64,000 nucleotides of DNA, taken from contig NIVC01000085.1 of assembly GCA_002269645.1 (NCBI GenBank), positions 248,001 through 312,000 on the forward strand, written 5' to 3'. This document shows, piece by piece, positions 1-9,584 of the stretch; position 1 is the stretch's first letter, and each line of letters starts with the position of its first letter. The notes under the pieces are model-generated. The model did not search any database, was not told the origin of the DNA, and worked only from the letters and a program-made list of their open reading frames with translations. The position numbers were made by a program, and so were the translations under genes. The stretch is from Macrostomum lignano (taxonomy: Eukaryota).

Positions 1-577
1 ATACATTTCTTGGCTGTGTACAGTGTGGTGTATGGCAACTGGCGTAGATATATATATAAAGATTTTTTTGTGCTTTTTCTGTGTTAAGTTATTTCAAAAA
101 CTATTTTCTCATTTACTAATCATTTTAATTACCGGAATTGTCACAACAATTGTCATGTTATCAATTTTTTGTAGTTTAAATTTGAATTTAAATATTCGTT
201 GATTTTTTTGACCATTTTTATTAAAAATGGCATACATTTAAAATCTGTTGGCATACCATTGAAAATTCAATAAAAATATGTCCGGCGTACACAGAAAACC
301 TTTTGCAATATGGGCCTTGATCAATATGAAGTAATATATTAAAAGTTAATATAAAATCTATTTTATATTCCTAAATATTTTTTTAATATTGAATATACTT
401 GAATTTTTTATAAAAGATATCAATTTCTTTATTATTTGTCTGATTTTATTATGTGTTAGTAAGACATATTTTTACTCAGGCAAATAATATTATTGAAATA
501 GAATTTAAATCTAAAAAATTAATATAAAATCTCAATAGAGTCCTAATTTCTTAATTTTTTTAGAGACAAGGGGGTTA

Positions 578-783
578 TATGCACCCTGGTGCACTTTAAG
601 CAACATAGGCACACAACCGGCGAGAGGCATTACTGCATATTCTGCCGACTAATTGCCATTAATTGCACAAGCAAAGCCAAGCCGAGATTCCAATTCAGCC
701 TCAAATTAATGACTGCACTTGGAATCAAGCCTGGGTTGCTGGCATACCAGAGCAGCTGCGTTACTGCTGGGCTACAGCCCTCC
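578..783 (-). mobile_element. tRNA-derived SINE remnant
   Basis: The minus strand reads GGGCTGTAGCCCAGCAGTAACGCAGC...CCCAGGCTTGATTCC, a degenerate A box and B box of a tRNA-like head. No intact cloverleaf. Confidence 0.45.
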
Positions 784-1012
784 TAATTGCCTGGTATTAA
801 AAAGCATAAGAACCAAAAGCATATATACCCTTTCCTCTAGCCTAGAAATAGAATAATAAATATCTGTGATACAAATATTTTAATAATATTTTTTTATTAA
901 TAATAGCATTACATTATAGTTCTTATTTATAGTCTATCAGTAGTATTAACATTTTTAATCTAAACAAATTTTGCACCTTAATCTTCAAATCTTAGGCCTA
1001 GTTTGAAATAAA

Positions 1013-1080
1013 ATGATAAATATTACTTGGAAACCTTATGACTATTAAAAAAACAGAATGTATTTTATTTGCTAATCTGA
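1013..1080 (+). ncRNA. Box C/D snoRNA class B, degenerate copy
   Basis: C-like ATGATAA, guide CTTGGAAACCT (1 mismatch to the class B guide), D' ATGA, D CTGA at 1077. Confidence 0.55.
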
Positions 1081-1275
1081 TTAATATAAAAGTTAGAAGT
1101 GGCTATTAAAGATATTGTTTTCACTTTGTATTTGTATCTTATTATATTGATAAAAACATTTTCCTATGCAGATATCTTGGCTATTTTTGTAGAAGACTAG
1201 TATAAAATTACCAAAAAGGTTTGTGCATTATTTAAAATATTGTTTTTTTCCATTTCCTAGGTTGAAAAGTAACAT

Positions 1276-1341
1276 ATGATGACAAAAATTGGGACACCTT
1301 TTGATTTAAATTGATACTAACAACAAGTTACCTTTATCTGA
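1276..1341 (+). ncRNA. Box C/D snoRNA class A2 (SNORD58-like guide; predicted 28S Um4227 equivalent)
   Basis: ATGATGA...TTGGGACACCTT-TTGA...GTTACCTTT-AT-CTGA. Confidence 0.8.
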
Positions 1342-1556
1342 ATACATCTATATCTTTTTTGAAGCTATTGCTTATTTCAATATTAAGTCAATAAACATTA
1401 TTAAATTTATTTTTTCGCATTTCCAGATAAATATCCAATGAAGAAAATCTTGTCATCAATGATGATTATAATAAAGTGGTAAGTTCAATGACTCCAATTA
1501 ATTATCATTGTTTAAAAAATTAACTTTTTGAATTAGTTATATAGATTTATTCTTAC

Positions 1557-1633
1557 ATGATGACAATATACTCTTGGGACACCTCTGAGTCTAAATTACC
1601 ATGACTTCACTTTAACCAGTTACCTTTTGCTGA
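1557..1633 (+). ncRNA. Box C/D snoRNA class A1 (SNORD58/U58-like; predicted 28S Gm4228 equivalent)
   Basis: ATGATGA...CTTGGGACACCT-CTGA...GTTACCTTTTG-CTGA. The guide closely resembles the human U58 guide TTAGGACACCT (recalled). Confidence 0.85.
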
Positions 1634-2202
1634 TTTTACATTTGTACATTAGTAGTTTAACTATATCTGTGTATGCTTAAATTACAAAAAGTTATTGCCT
1701 ACTTGTTTTAGAATCATCAATGAATATTGGTCCTGGAATATAGGCCATGTAAATTGATATTTGGTAAGCTATGCTGTTCTTTTTCAAAGACTTAAAGCAG
1801 TTAATTTGAAATTTATAATAGGGCTTTTTACAGTTCTAACATAGTTTGAAATATAGCAATGGGATTATGGGAAGTTACATTATGCATATGTTTTAGAAAA
1901 TATATCGATAATAGGTGCCGGAACAGAAACACACAAGTTTTTTTCCATGTGCATTATGCATCATATATACACAAAGTTGGAGATTACACTGGTTATTCTA
2001 CAATAAATAAATGAGACACTTGATGAGTGCCCAGTTAAACTATTGCTGTCACTCTTTAAATCCTCACTATATTATATTGAATGATACAGGAACTTTTGGC
2101 ATTGAATTTGACATCATTAAAAGATAGGAAAAAGTTCTTAAAACTTCATTAGCTATGGTATGGCAATATGCATGAATAGCTATAAAGGATTTTTAGTAAT
2201 GA

Positions 2203-2267
2203 ATGATTAAAAAATGCTTACGGCGATCCAACTGATCACTTTTTATGAATGTCACTTTCACCTATGA
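2203..2267 (+). ncRNA. Box C/D snoRNA class C (18S helix 23 region; variant C/D boxes)
   Basis: ATGATTA...CTTACGGCGATCCAA-CTGA...ATGAAT...TTTCACCT-ATGA. Confidence 0.8.
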
Positions 2268-2485
2268 CAGGCTATATTGTCTAATCTAAGCCTAATCTAG
2301 TCCAAGTTTCCAACATGATTGACATAACATGTGCATTGATTTTTTTAGGATGTGTCAGCAGATATCTGCATTTATATATTGGACCAATCAGTGCTTTTTG
2401 GTTTAAAAAAGGTAACTTTCTTCTGTGTACTTTGTTGTAGTTTTCCAATATATAGAAAAAATTATTTTATTTATAATTTATGAAT

Positions 2486-2560
2486 ATGATGATACAATCT
2501 TTGGAGACCTTATGATCATCTTGAATAAGACTTGAATGATTTTAGTTACCATTTTTCTGA
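2486..2560 (+). ncRNA. Box C/D snoRNA class B with class-A 3' element (chimeric)
   Basis: ATGATGA...TTGGAGACCTT-ATGA...TAGTTACC...CTGA. Confidence 0.8.
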
Positions 2561-2776
2561 GCCATATCCACTTGGAATTGAATTTTTAAAGAAATATTTG
2601 ATTGATATAATTATTTTATTGCAAGTGCATATGTTTTCAACCTTTTCAGATTTTAGATTTTTATAGTCACATTGAAAGCCTACAAGACCAGGTAAATAGC
2701 ATTATTTTTATTCTTGAATTGCTTAATAATTATGCAAGATTTTAGATTATTATATTATTCTGTGCAGCTGAAAACT

Positions 2777-2840
2777 ATGATTAAAAAATGCTTACGGCGA
2801 TCCAACAGATCCCAGTAATGAATGACATTTTCACCTATGA
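2777..2840 (+). ncRNA. Box C/D snoRNA class C
   Basis: ATGATTA...CTTACGGCGATCCAA-CAGA...TTTCACCT-ATGA. Confidence 0.8.
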
Positions 2841-3033
2841 GAGAGGCACTCAACCAAATTAATTACAGTGAACAAGTTTATTTATTTACGAAAAATTAAT
2901 GCTTTATTTTCACTTTTCACTTTTATTTTAGATATCCTGCAGATTGCAGAACTAATGGTCATGATTTACCTTATAGTAAGTTTCATTTGCATTATTTTTT
3001 GTTTTGCAAAAATCGTTAATAAACATAAATAAA

Positions 3034-3099
3034 ATGATGAAAAAACTTGGAGACCTTTTGACTTCGTTTGATTGTGTGAAAAGTTTTTTAAAACTCTGA
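3034..3099 (+). ncRNA. Box C/D snoRNA class B (28S AGGUCUCCAAG site)
   Basis: ATGATGA...CTTGGAGACCTT-TTGA...CTGA at 3096. Confidence 0.8.
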
Positions 3100-3295
3100 A
3101 TAGATTTTTTTGCATAAAGATTTGTTTTACCAAAAAGATCAAGTATTTGAAGTATTTTTATCTATTTTTTTCAGATTTTCACTGTGCTATGACAATTGAG
3201 GCAGCTGAGCTGAGCAAAGTCCAACTGAAACAGTTAGGTAATTTTTTGCTATTTTCAACTTCTATTTTTGTTTAACTATACAGTGTACATGGCAA

Positions 3296-3367
3296 ATGAT
3301 GACAAACATTTGGGACACCTTCTGATCAAATTGAAATGACCTGTGCTTCTAGTTACCTTTGTGCTGA
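3296..3367 (+). ncRNA. Box C/D snoRNA class A2
   Basis: ATGATGA...TTTGGGACACCTT-CTGA...GTTACCTTTGTG-CTGA. Confidence 0.85.
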
Positions 3368-3541
3368 TAAACATTTTTATGATAGTAACTACGCGTATGA
3401 ATCATTAAATTGTGTATGTTTTACTAAATTTTTAAAATCATTTTTACTTTTCAGAAGGCAAATTTAACCTTGAGATTAATCTAAGTAAGTTAATTATTGA
3501 CATGGTACAGTATTGTATTTATCATTAGCATATTAATTGTA

Positions 3542-3621
3542 ATGATGACAAATAACTCTTGGGACACCTCTGAGTCGAAACTTAAAGCAATGATTTCACA
3601 GTTCTAGTTACCTTTGTCTGA
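3542..3621 (+). ncRNA. Box C/D snoRNA class A1
   Basis: ATGATGA...CTCTTGGGACACCT-CTGA...GTTACCTTTGT-CTGA. Confidence 0.85.
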
Positions 3622-3882
3622 TTTTTTTGTTAGATTAAAATATTTCTTGGTCTCATCATTTAAATTGAATTTGTAGTAACCACAGCTTAATTTTTTAAAT
3701 AATACTTTAAATTTCAGAGTTTGCTAACAAAAGAAAATGCAAAGCGTTGGTCAATCAACTCCAGTGTAGTACTTTAGCAATGTAAGTATTGATTAAGCAT
3801 GTATTGAATATACATTGACACAGTTTATCTGTAGTCACTGATATGCTTGCAAAATGGGCAAATACTGTATATAGATGAACCT

Positions 3883-3948
3883 GTGATTAGAAATTGCTTA
3901 CGGCGATCCAACTGATGTTTTCCTTATGAATGACACTTTCACCTATGA
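3883..3948 (+). ncRNA. Box C/D snoRNA class C
   Basis: GTGATTA...CTTACGGCGATCCAA-CTGA...ATGAATGA...TTTCACCT-ATGA. Confidence 0.8.
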
Positions 3949-4157
3949 GGTTAAGTTATCATTGATCTTGATTATAATAAGAAATTTATACTTTAATTTA
4001 ATTACAATTATTAAATGTATTTTTTTCATTAATAATTGCAGAAAATATCGGTGTTTTTCTAGGCATACTACTTATGGTGAGTAAGCTTGTTGTGTTTTTT
4101 TGTTAATCTTAAAAATTAGACCCCTTATAGTAATTTTATTAAAGCATTTAGGCTCAA

Positions 4158-4225
4158 ATGATGACAAAAATTGGGACACCTTCTGATCAATTGATTTGAT
4201 TTTTAATTCTAAGTTACCTTTCTGA
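4158..4225 (+). ncRNA. Box C/D snoRNA class A2
   Basis: ATGATGA...TTGGGACACCTT-CTGA...GTTACCTTT-CTGA. Confidence 0.85.
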
Positions 4226-4422
4226 GTAATTATCTATGCCATTTGTATGGACTCAACTTTGATACAATTTACAACAAATTTGAAAATGGTTAAATCATAT
4301 TCAACTATTTCAGCTTACAAAAATTGGAATACTTTCTACTGCCAAATATTTGGTAAGTTATTTAACATGAAATTACATTTCAAACTCGTATGTTTGATGG
4401 ATAAAGCTAGTCATAGTTTTTA

Positions 4423-4488
4423 ATGATGAAAACTCTTGGGACACCTCTGAGTGACAGTGACTTCAATTTTCTAGTTACCTTTGTCTGA
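4423..4488 (+). ncRNA. Box C/D snoRNA class A1
   Basis: ATGATGA...CTCTTGGGACACCT-CTGA...GTTACCTTTGT-CTGA. Confidence 0.85.
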
Positions 4489-4710
4489 TCTTTGTTTATA
4501 TTTTAATAATTTTGTCTTTCATCATTTCACCTACTTCAGAGTGAATTAATTAGCGCAAACATAACTTCATTTTTCTATATATTTCAGCTCAAAGATCAGC
4601 GTCCAAGAGAAATGCAAAAATTGATTATACGTTATAATCTTCACCAGTGAAACTTGCAATGTAAGTAGCGATTTCAAGAATGCATTTTTTTAGTTACTGT
4701 AGCATACCTT

Positions 4711-6025
4711 GCCTCCCAGATCCTCAGTTGCTGGGCCAGCCTCCCAGATCCTCAGTTTATGGGCCAGCCTCCCAGAGTGTCAGTTGCTCGGCCAGCCTCC
4801 CAGATCCTCAGTTTATGGGCCAGCGTCCCAGAGTGTCAGTTGCTCGGCCAGCCTCTCAGATCCTCAGTTTATGGGCCAGCGTCCCAGAGTGTCAGTTGCT
4901 CGGCCAGCCTCCCAGATCCTCAGTTTATGGGCCAGCGTCCCAGAGTGTCAGTTGCTCGGCCAGCCTCCCAGATCCTCAGTTTATGGGCCAGCGTCCCAGA
5001 GTGTCAGTTGCTCGGCCAGCCTCCCAGATCCTCAGTTTATGGGCCAGCGTCCCAGAGTGTCAGTTGCTCGGCCAGCCTCTCAGATCCTCTGTTGCTGGGC
5101 CAGCCTCCCACATCCTCAGTTGCTGGGCCAGCTTCACATCCTCAGTTGCTGAGTAAGCCTCTCACATCCTCAGTTGCTGGGCCAGCCTCTCAGATCCTCT
5201 GTTGCTGGGCCAGCCTCCCACATCCTCAGTTGATGGGCCAGCTTCACATCCTCAGTTGCTGAGTCAGCCTCTCACATCCTCAGTTGCTGGGCCAGCCTCT
5301 CACATCCTTAGTTGCTGGGCCAGCCTCTCACATCCTCAGTTGCTGAGTCAGCCTCCCAGATCCTCAGTTGCTAAGCCAGCCTCCCAGATCCTCAGTTGCT
5401 GGGCCAGCCTCCCAGATCCTAAGTTACTAGGCCAGCCCCCCAGATCCTCAATTGCTGGGCCAGCCTCTCACATCGTCAGTTGCTGAGTCAGCCTCCCAGA
5501 TCCTCAGTTGCTAAGCCAGCCTCCCAGATCCTCAGTTTATGGGCCAGCCTCTCAGATCCTCTGTTGCTGGGCCAGCCTCCCAGATCCTCAGTTGATGGGC
5601 CAGCTTCACATCCTCAGTTGCTGAGTCAGCCTCTCACATCCTCAGTTGCTGGGCCAGCCTCTCAGATCCTCTGTTGCTGGGCCAGCCTCCCACATCCTCA
5701 GTTGATGGGCCAGCTTCACATCCTCAGTTGCTGAGTCAGCCTCTCACATCCTCAGTTGCTGGGCCAGCCTCTCACATCCTCAGTTGCTGGGCCAGCCTCT
5801 CACATCCTCAGTTGCTGAGTCAGCCTCCCAGATCCTCAGTTGCTAAGCCAGCCTCCCAGATCCTCAGTTGCTGGGCTAGCCTCCCAGATCCTCAGTTGCT
5901 GGGCCAGCCTCCCAGATCCTCAGTTGCTGGGCCAGCCTCCCAGATCCTCAGTTACTAGGCCAGCCCCCCAGATCCTCAATTGCTGGGCCAGCCTCTCACA
6001 TCCTCAGTTGCTGGGCCAGCCTCTA
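4711..6025. repeat. Intronic minisatellite, ~27-28 bp unit (CCTCAGTTGCTGGGCCAGCCTCCCAGAT)
   Basis: Tandem array upstream of the class C snoRNA within its intron. The same family occurs at 7153 and 20683. Confidence 0.95.
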
Positions 6026-6059
6026 CCTACGCCCCTAAGTGTTTCATATTGATCTACCT

Positions 6060-6127
6060 GTGATTAGAAGATGCTTACGGCGATCCAACAGAACTTTAAA
6101 GTTTATGAATGACACTATCACCTATGA
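6060..6127 (+). ncRNA. Box C/D snoRNA class C
   Basis: GTGATTA...CTTACGGCGATCCAA-CAGA...TATCACCT-ATGA. Confidence 0.75.
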
Positions 6128-6291
6128 GGTTAATAGAAATTTACAAATTTTCGTATTCAATCGAAAAAGTCAAGTGATTTAAAATATTTTTTCAACTTTT
6201 TTGCAGAAAAAATTGTGTATTTTCCGTGGTATACTACTCATGGTGAGTACCAAGTTTTATCACTACTTACTATACAGTCCCCACCTTATCA

Positions 6292-6366
6292 ATGATGAAA
6301 AAAACTTGGAGACCTTATTACTGCTTCAAATGAGGCAGTTTGATTTTTAATTATTTGCATTTCTGA
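6292..6366 (+). ncRNA. Box C/D snoRNA class B (degenerate D' ATTA)
   Basis: ATGATGA...CTTGGAGACCTT-ATTA, internal hairpin ACTGCTTCA/TGAGGCAGT, D CTGA at 6363. Confidence 0.7.
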
Positions 6367-6562
6367 AAACAGTGTAGAATTTATCTAACGAAATATATAT
6401 CCAAAGTTTCTTATCTGTAGCAACTTCATACTAATTTCAATAAATTGTCGTTACCCTAGCAATTTTCTTTTTTCAATTTCAGATGCCTTATTGCACCGGT
6501 TTTTCCCTAAGAAATTGTAAGTTTGTTTATCAGTATTGTGACACTTAGATCCTCCAATTGTT

Positions 6563-6635
6563 ATGATGACGTAACCTTTGGGACACCTTCTGATCTATCA
6601 AATTTGATTTTGACCCCAAGTTACCTTTTCTCTGA
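6563..6635 (+). ncRNA. Box C/D snoRNA class A2
   Basis: ATGATGA...TTTGGGACACCTT-CTGA...GTTACCTTTTCT-CTGA. Confidence 0.85.
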
Positions 6636-6825
6636 TTAATCAGCTGCGTTACTGTAATGTCATGCACTTTTACTGCTTTAGATTACAGTTTCAAAAATAA
6701 TTTCAACTATGAATTTCAGATTATCAAAGTTCTTGTCTGCAGATGTCACATCAGCTGGTGTTGATGGGGTAAGTAATGCACTATATGTTAGTTTGTTATG
6801 CCATTTCTTTTCTTTCTATATCTAA

Positions 6826-6904
6826 ATGATGACAAAACTCTTGGGACACCTCTGAGTTGAATTACTTTAACTGTGAATTGGTCTTACAAGTTACCTTTCT
6901 CTGA
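6826..6904 (+). ncRNA. Box C/D snoRNA class A1
   Basis: ATGATGA...CTCTTGGGACACCT-CTGA...GTTACCTTTCT-CTGA. Confidence 0.85.
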
Positions 6905-7152
6905 CTAGTTATGCGAATGCCTATTGAAATAGTATGTTTTTGTTCCTGGTTTTTGTTGCTAAATTTATTAATGAAATTCCTATTTTTTAGATTGATCATG
7001 ATTTCCTTGAGTTGTAGCGTGGATATATATATATAAATATATATATAAGCCCTGCCGTTTATGTGAGTTAGTAACCTAATCATTTTTTATACTATGCTAT
7101 AAATATGGTATTTATACTGGTTAGGCTGTGTGGGTTGTCATACGATTGAGCT

Positions 7153-7710
7153 CCTCAATTGCTGGGCCAGCCTCCCAGAGTTTCAGTTGCTGGGCCAGCC
7201 TCCCAGAGTTTCAGTTGCTGGGCCAGCCTCCCAGAGTTTCAGTTGCTGGGCCAGCCTCCCAGAGTTTCAGTTGCTGGGCCAGCCTCCCAGATCCTCAGTT
7301 GCTGGGCTAGCCTCCCAGATTTTCAGTTGCTGGGCCAGCCTCCCAGATCTTTAGTTGCTGGGCCAGCCTCCCAGAGTGTCAGTTGCTGGGCCAGCCTCCC
7401 TGTGTGTCAGTTGCTGGGCCAGCCTTCCTGGTGTCAGTTGCTGGGCCAGCCTCCCTGTGTGTCAGTTGCTGGGCCAGCCTTCCTGGTGTCAGTTGCTGGG
7501 CCAGCCTCCCAGATCTTCAGTTGCTGGGCCAGCCTCCCAGAGTGTCAGTTGCTGGGCCAGCCTCCCAGATCCTCAGTTGCTGGGCCAGCCTCCCAGAGTG
7601 TCAGTTGCTGGGCCAGCCTCCCAGAGTGTCAGTTGCTGGGCCAGCCTCTCAGATCCTCAGTTGCTGGGCCAGCCTCCCACATCCTCAGTTGCTGGGCCAG
7701 CCTCTCACAT
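7153..7710. repeat. Intronic minisatellite (same 28-bp family as 4711-6025)
   Basis: Tandem CAGTTGCTGGGCCAGCCTCCCAGA units. Confidence 0.95.
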
Positions 7711-7770
7711 CTCTAGAGCCTCTACCTACGCCCCTAAGTGTGTTTCGCACTCGCACATATTGATCTACCT

Positions 7771-7838
7771 GTGATTAGAAAATGCTTACGGCGACCCAAC
7801 AGAACTTTAAAGTTTATGAATGACACTTTCACCTATGA
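7771..7838 (+). ncRNA. Box C/D snoRNA class C (guide mismatch GACCCAA)
   Basis: GTGATTA...CTTACGGCGACCCAA-CAGA...TTTCACCT-ATGA. Confidence 0.7.
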
Positions 7839-7999
7839 GGTTAATAGAAATTTACAAATTTTCTTATTTTATTGACAAAGTCGTGATTTAAAAGATTTTT
7901 TAATACTTTTTGCAGAAAAATTGCGTATTTTCCGTGGTATACTACTCATGGTGAGTACCAAGTTTTATCACTACTTACTATACAGTCCCCACCTTATCA

Positions 8000-8074
8000 A
8001 TGATGAAAAAAACTTGGAGACCTTATTACTGCTTCAAATGAGGCAGTTTGATTTTTAATTATTTGCATTTCTGA
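8000..8074 (+). ncRNA. Box C/D snoRNA class B (duplicate of 6292)
   Basis: Essentially identical to 6292-6366. Confidence 0.7.
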
Positions 8075-8270
8075 AAACAGTGTAGGAGTTTTATAACTAA
8101 ATATATATCTGAAGTTTCATATCTGTAGCAACTTCATACTGATTTCAATAAATTGTCGTTACCCTAGCAATTTTCTTTTTTCAATTTCAGATGTCTTATT
8201 GCACCGGTTTTTCCCTAAGAAATTGTAAGTTTGTTTATCAGTATTGTGACACTTAGATCCTCCAATTGTT

Positions 8271-8343
8271 ATGATGACGTAACCTTTGGGACACCTTCTG
8301 ATCTATCAAATTTGATTTTGACCCCAAGTTACCTTTTCTCTGA
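8271..8343 (+). ncRNA. Box C/D snoRNA class A2 (duplicate of 6563)
   Basis: Essentially identical to 6563-6635. Confidence 0.85.
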
Positions 8344-8534
8344 TTAATCAGCTGCGTTACTGTAATGTCATGCACTTTTACTGCTTTAGATTACAGTTTC
8401 AAAAATAATTTTTAACTATAAATTTCAGATTATCAAAGTTCTTGTCTGCAGATGTCACATCAGCTGGTGTTGATGGGGTAAGTAATGCACTATATGTTAG
8501 TTTGTTATGCCATTTCTTTTCTTTCTATATCTAA

Positions 8535-8613
8535 ATGATGACAAAACTCTTGGGACACCTCTGAGTTGAATTACTTTAACTGTGAATTGGTCTTACAAGT
8601 TACCTTTCTCTGA
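8535..8613 (+). ncRNA. Box C/D snoRNA class A1 (duplicate of 6826)
   Basis: Essentially identical to 6826-6904. Confidence 0.85.
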
Positions 8614-8821
8614 CTAGTTATGCGAATGCCTATTGAAATAGTATGTTTTTGTTCCTGGTTTTTGTTGCTAAATTTATTAATGAAATTCCTATTTTTTAGA
8701 TTTTTCATGATTTCCTCGAGTTGTAGCGTGGATATATATAAGCCCTGCCGTTTATGTGAGTTAGTTACGTAATACTTTTTAATACTATATATACCCTGTG
8801 TAAGCGGACAATGTACGTTGT

Positions 8822-8892
8822 ATGATGAATTAATAAAGAATTCCTCGTTGTTGAGTTTGTCTCAGTGAAATGAGTAATTATTAATAATCTGA
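8822..8892 (+). ncRNA. Box C/D snoRNA class D (predicted 18S Gm1572 equivalent, yeast snR57 site)
   Basis: ATGATGA...GAATTCCTCGTTG-TTGA...CTGA. The guide is antisense to 18S CAACGAGGAAUUC. Confidence 0.8.
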
Positions 8893-9066
8893 CATTTTCT
8901 AGTTGTTTTAAAGCAGTGATAAAGATATGGCTTTAACAATAAATCTTGACTTGCTTTCAATTTTTTGCAGATCGTCTGAAATGTTATTGAAAATATCCAC
9001 GTAGTCAGGTAAGACATCTGATGTTGACTGTAATTTAAATTTCTTAATATAAAACTTTCAAACAAA

Positions 9067-9139
9067 ATGATTTAAGCCTTTTCGGCGATCCAACTGACTC
9101 AAAATATTGAGACCAAGTGATCGATAATTTCACCTATGA
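9067..9139 (+). ncRNA. Box C/D snoRNA class C
   Basis: ATGATTT...CGGCGATCCAA-CTGA...AATTTCACCT-ATGA. Confidence 0.75.
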
Positions 9140-9308
9140 TTGAGTTTTTATATAACCGTATGTAAACTTTTATTTTAGTAATATTTATTTTACAATTTAT
9201 TGCTCACTTTTTTTCAGTGCCTCAGCTGCGGAACCTGGCAATTTGTGAGTTGAATATTTTTTAAACCGAACATTAGAAGCATGTTGTGTCCTCATAGTAA
9301 CAAAAATT

Positions 9309-9381
9309 ATGATGAAATATTGAATTCCTCGTTGTTGATTTTGTTCACTCAGCTAAAATGAAATTATATTTTTCCTACTGA
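9309..9381 (+). ncRNA. Box C/D snoRNA class D
   Basis: ATGATGA...GAATTCCTCGTTG-TTGA...CTGA at 9378. Confidence 0.8.
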
Positions 9382-9584
9382 ATCCATTTTTATTACAAAT
9401 ATATAATATTTGTTAAAATAAGCCGAATTTATAATTGCGTTTATTCTTGCATGATGACAGATTTTAATATTGACCTTTAATGTAATCTTGTAGATCAAAA
9501 CGGACTAAGAGAACTTCATCAATTAATTTTAGGTAAATTTCCCAAGTTTATTACTTGCAGTAGCAGCTAGTTGATGATGCTGAT

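Noticed and set aside
1327-1335. GTTACCTTT as a U1-like element pairing with 5' splice sites (AAG/GUAAC)
   Set aside because: It is better explained by rRNA complementarity immediately adjacent to the target of the other guide in the same RNA. A splicing role is not excluded but has no support here.
1764-2089. Host-gene intron without a recognisable C/D unit; considered as an H/ACA candidate
   Set aside because: An AGAAAA and an ACA are present, but no convincing two-hairpin structure can be seen by eye.
1276-8613. Regularly spaced conserved motifs with unique spacers resembling a CRISPR-like array
   Set aside because: The context is eukaryotic. The conserved units have C/D boxes and rRNA complementarity, the spacers are exons and introns with splice sites, and there are no cas genes.
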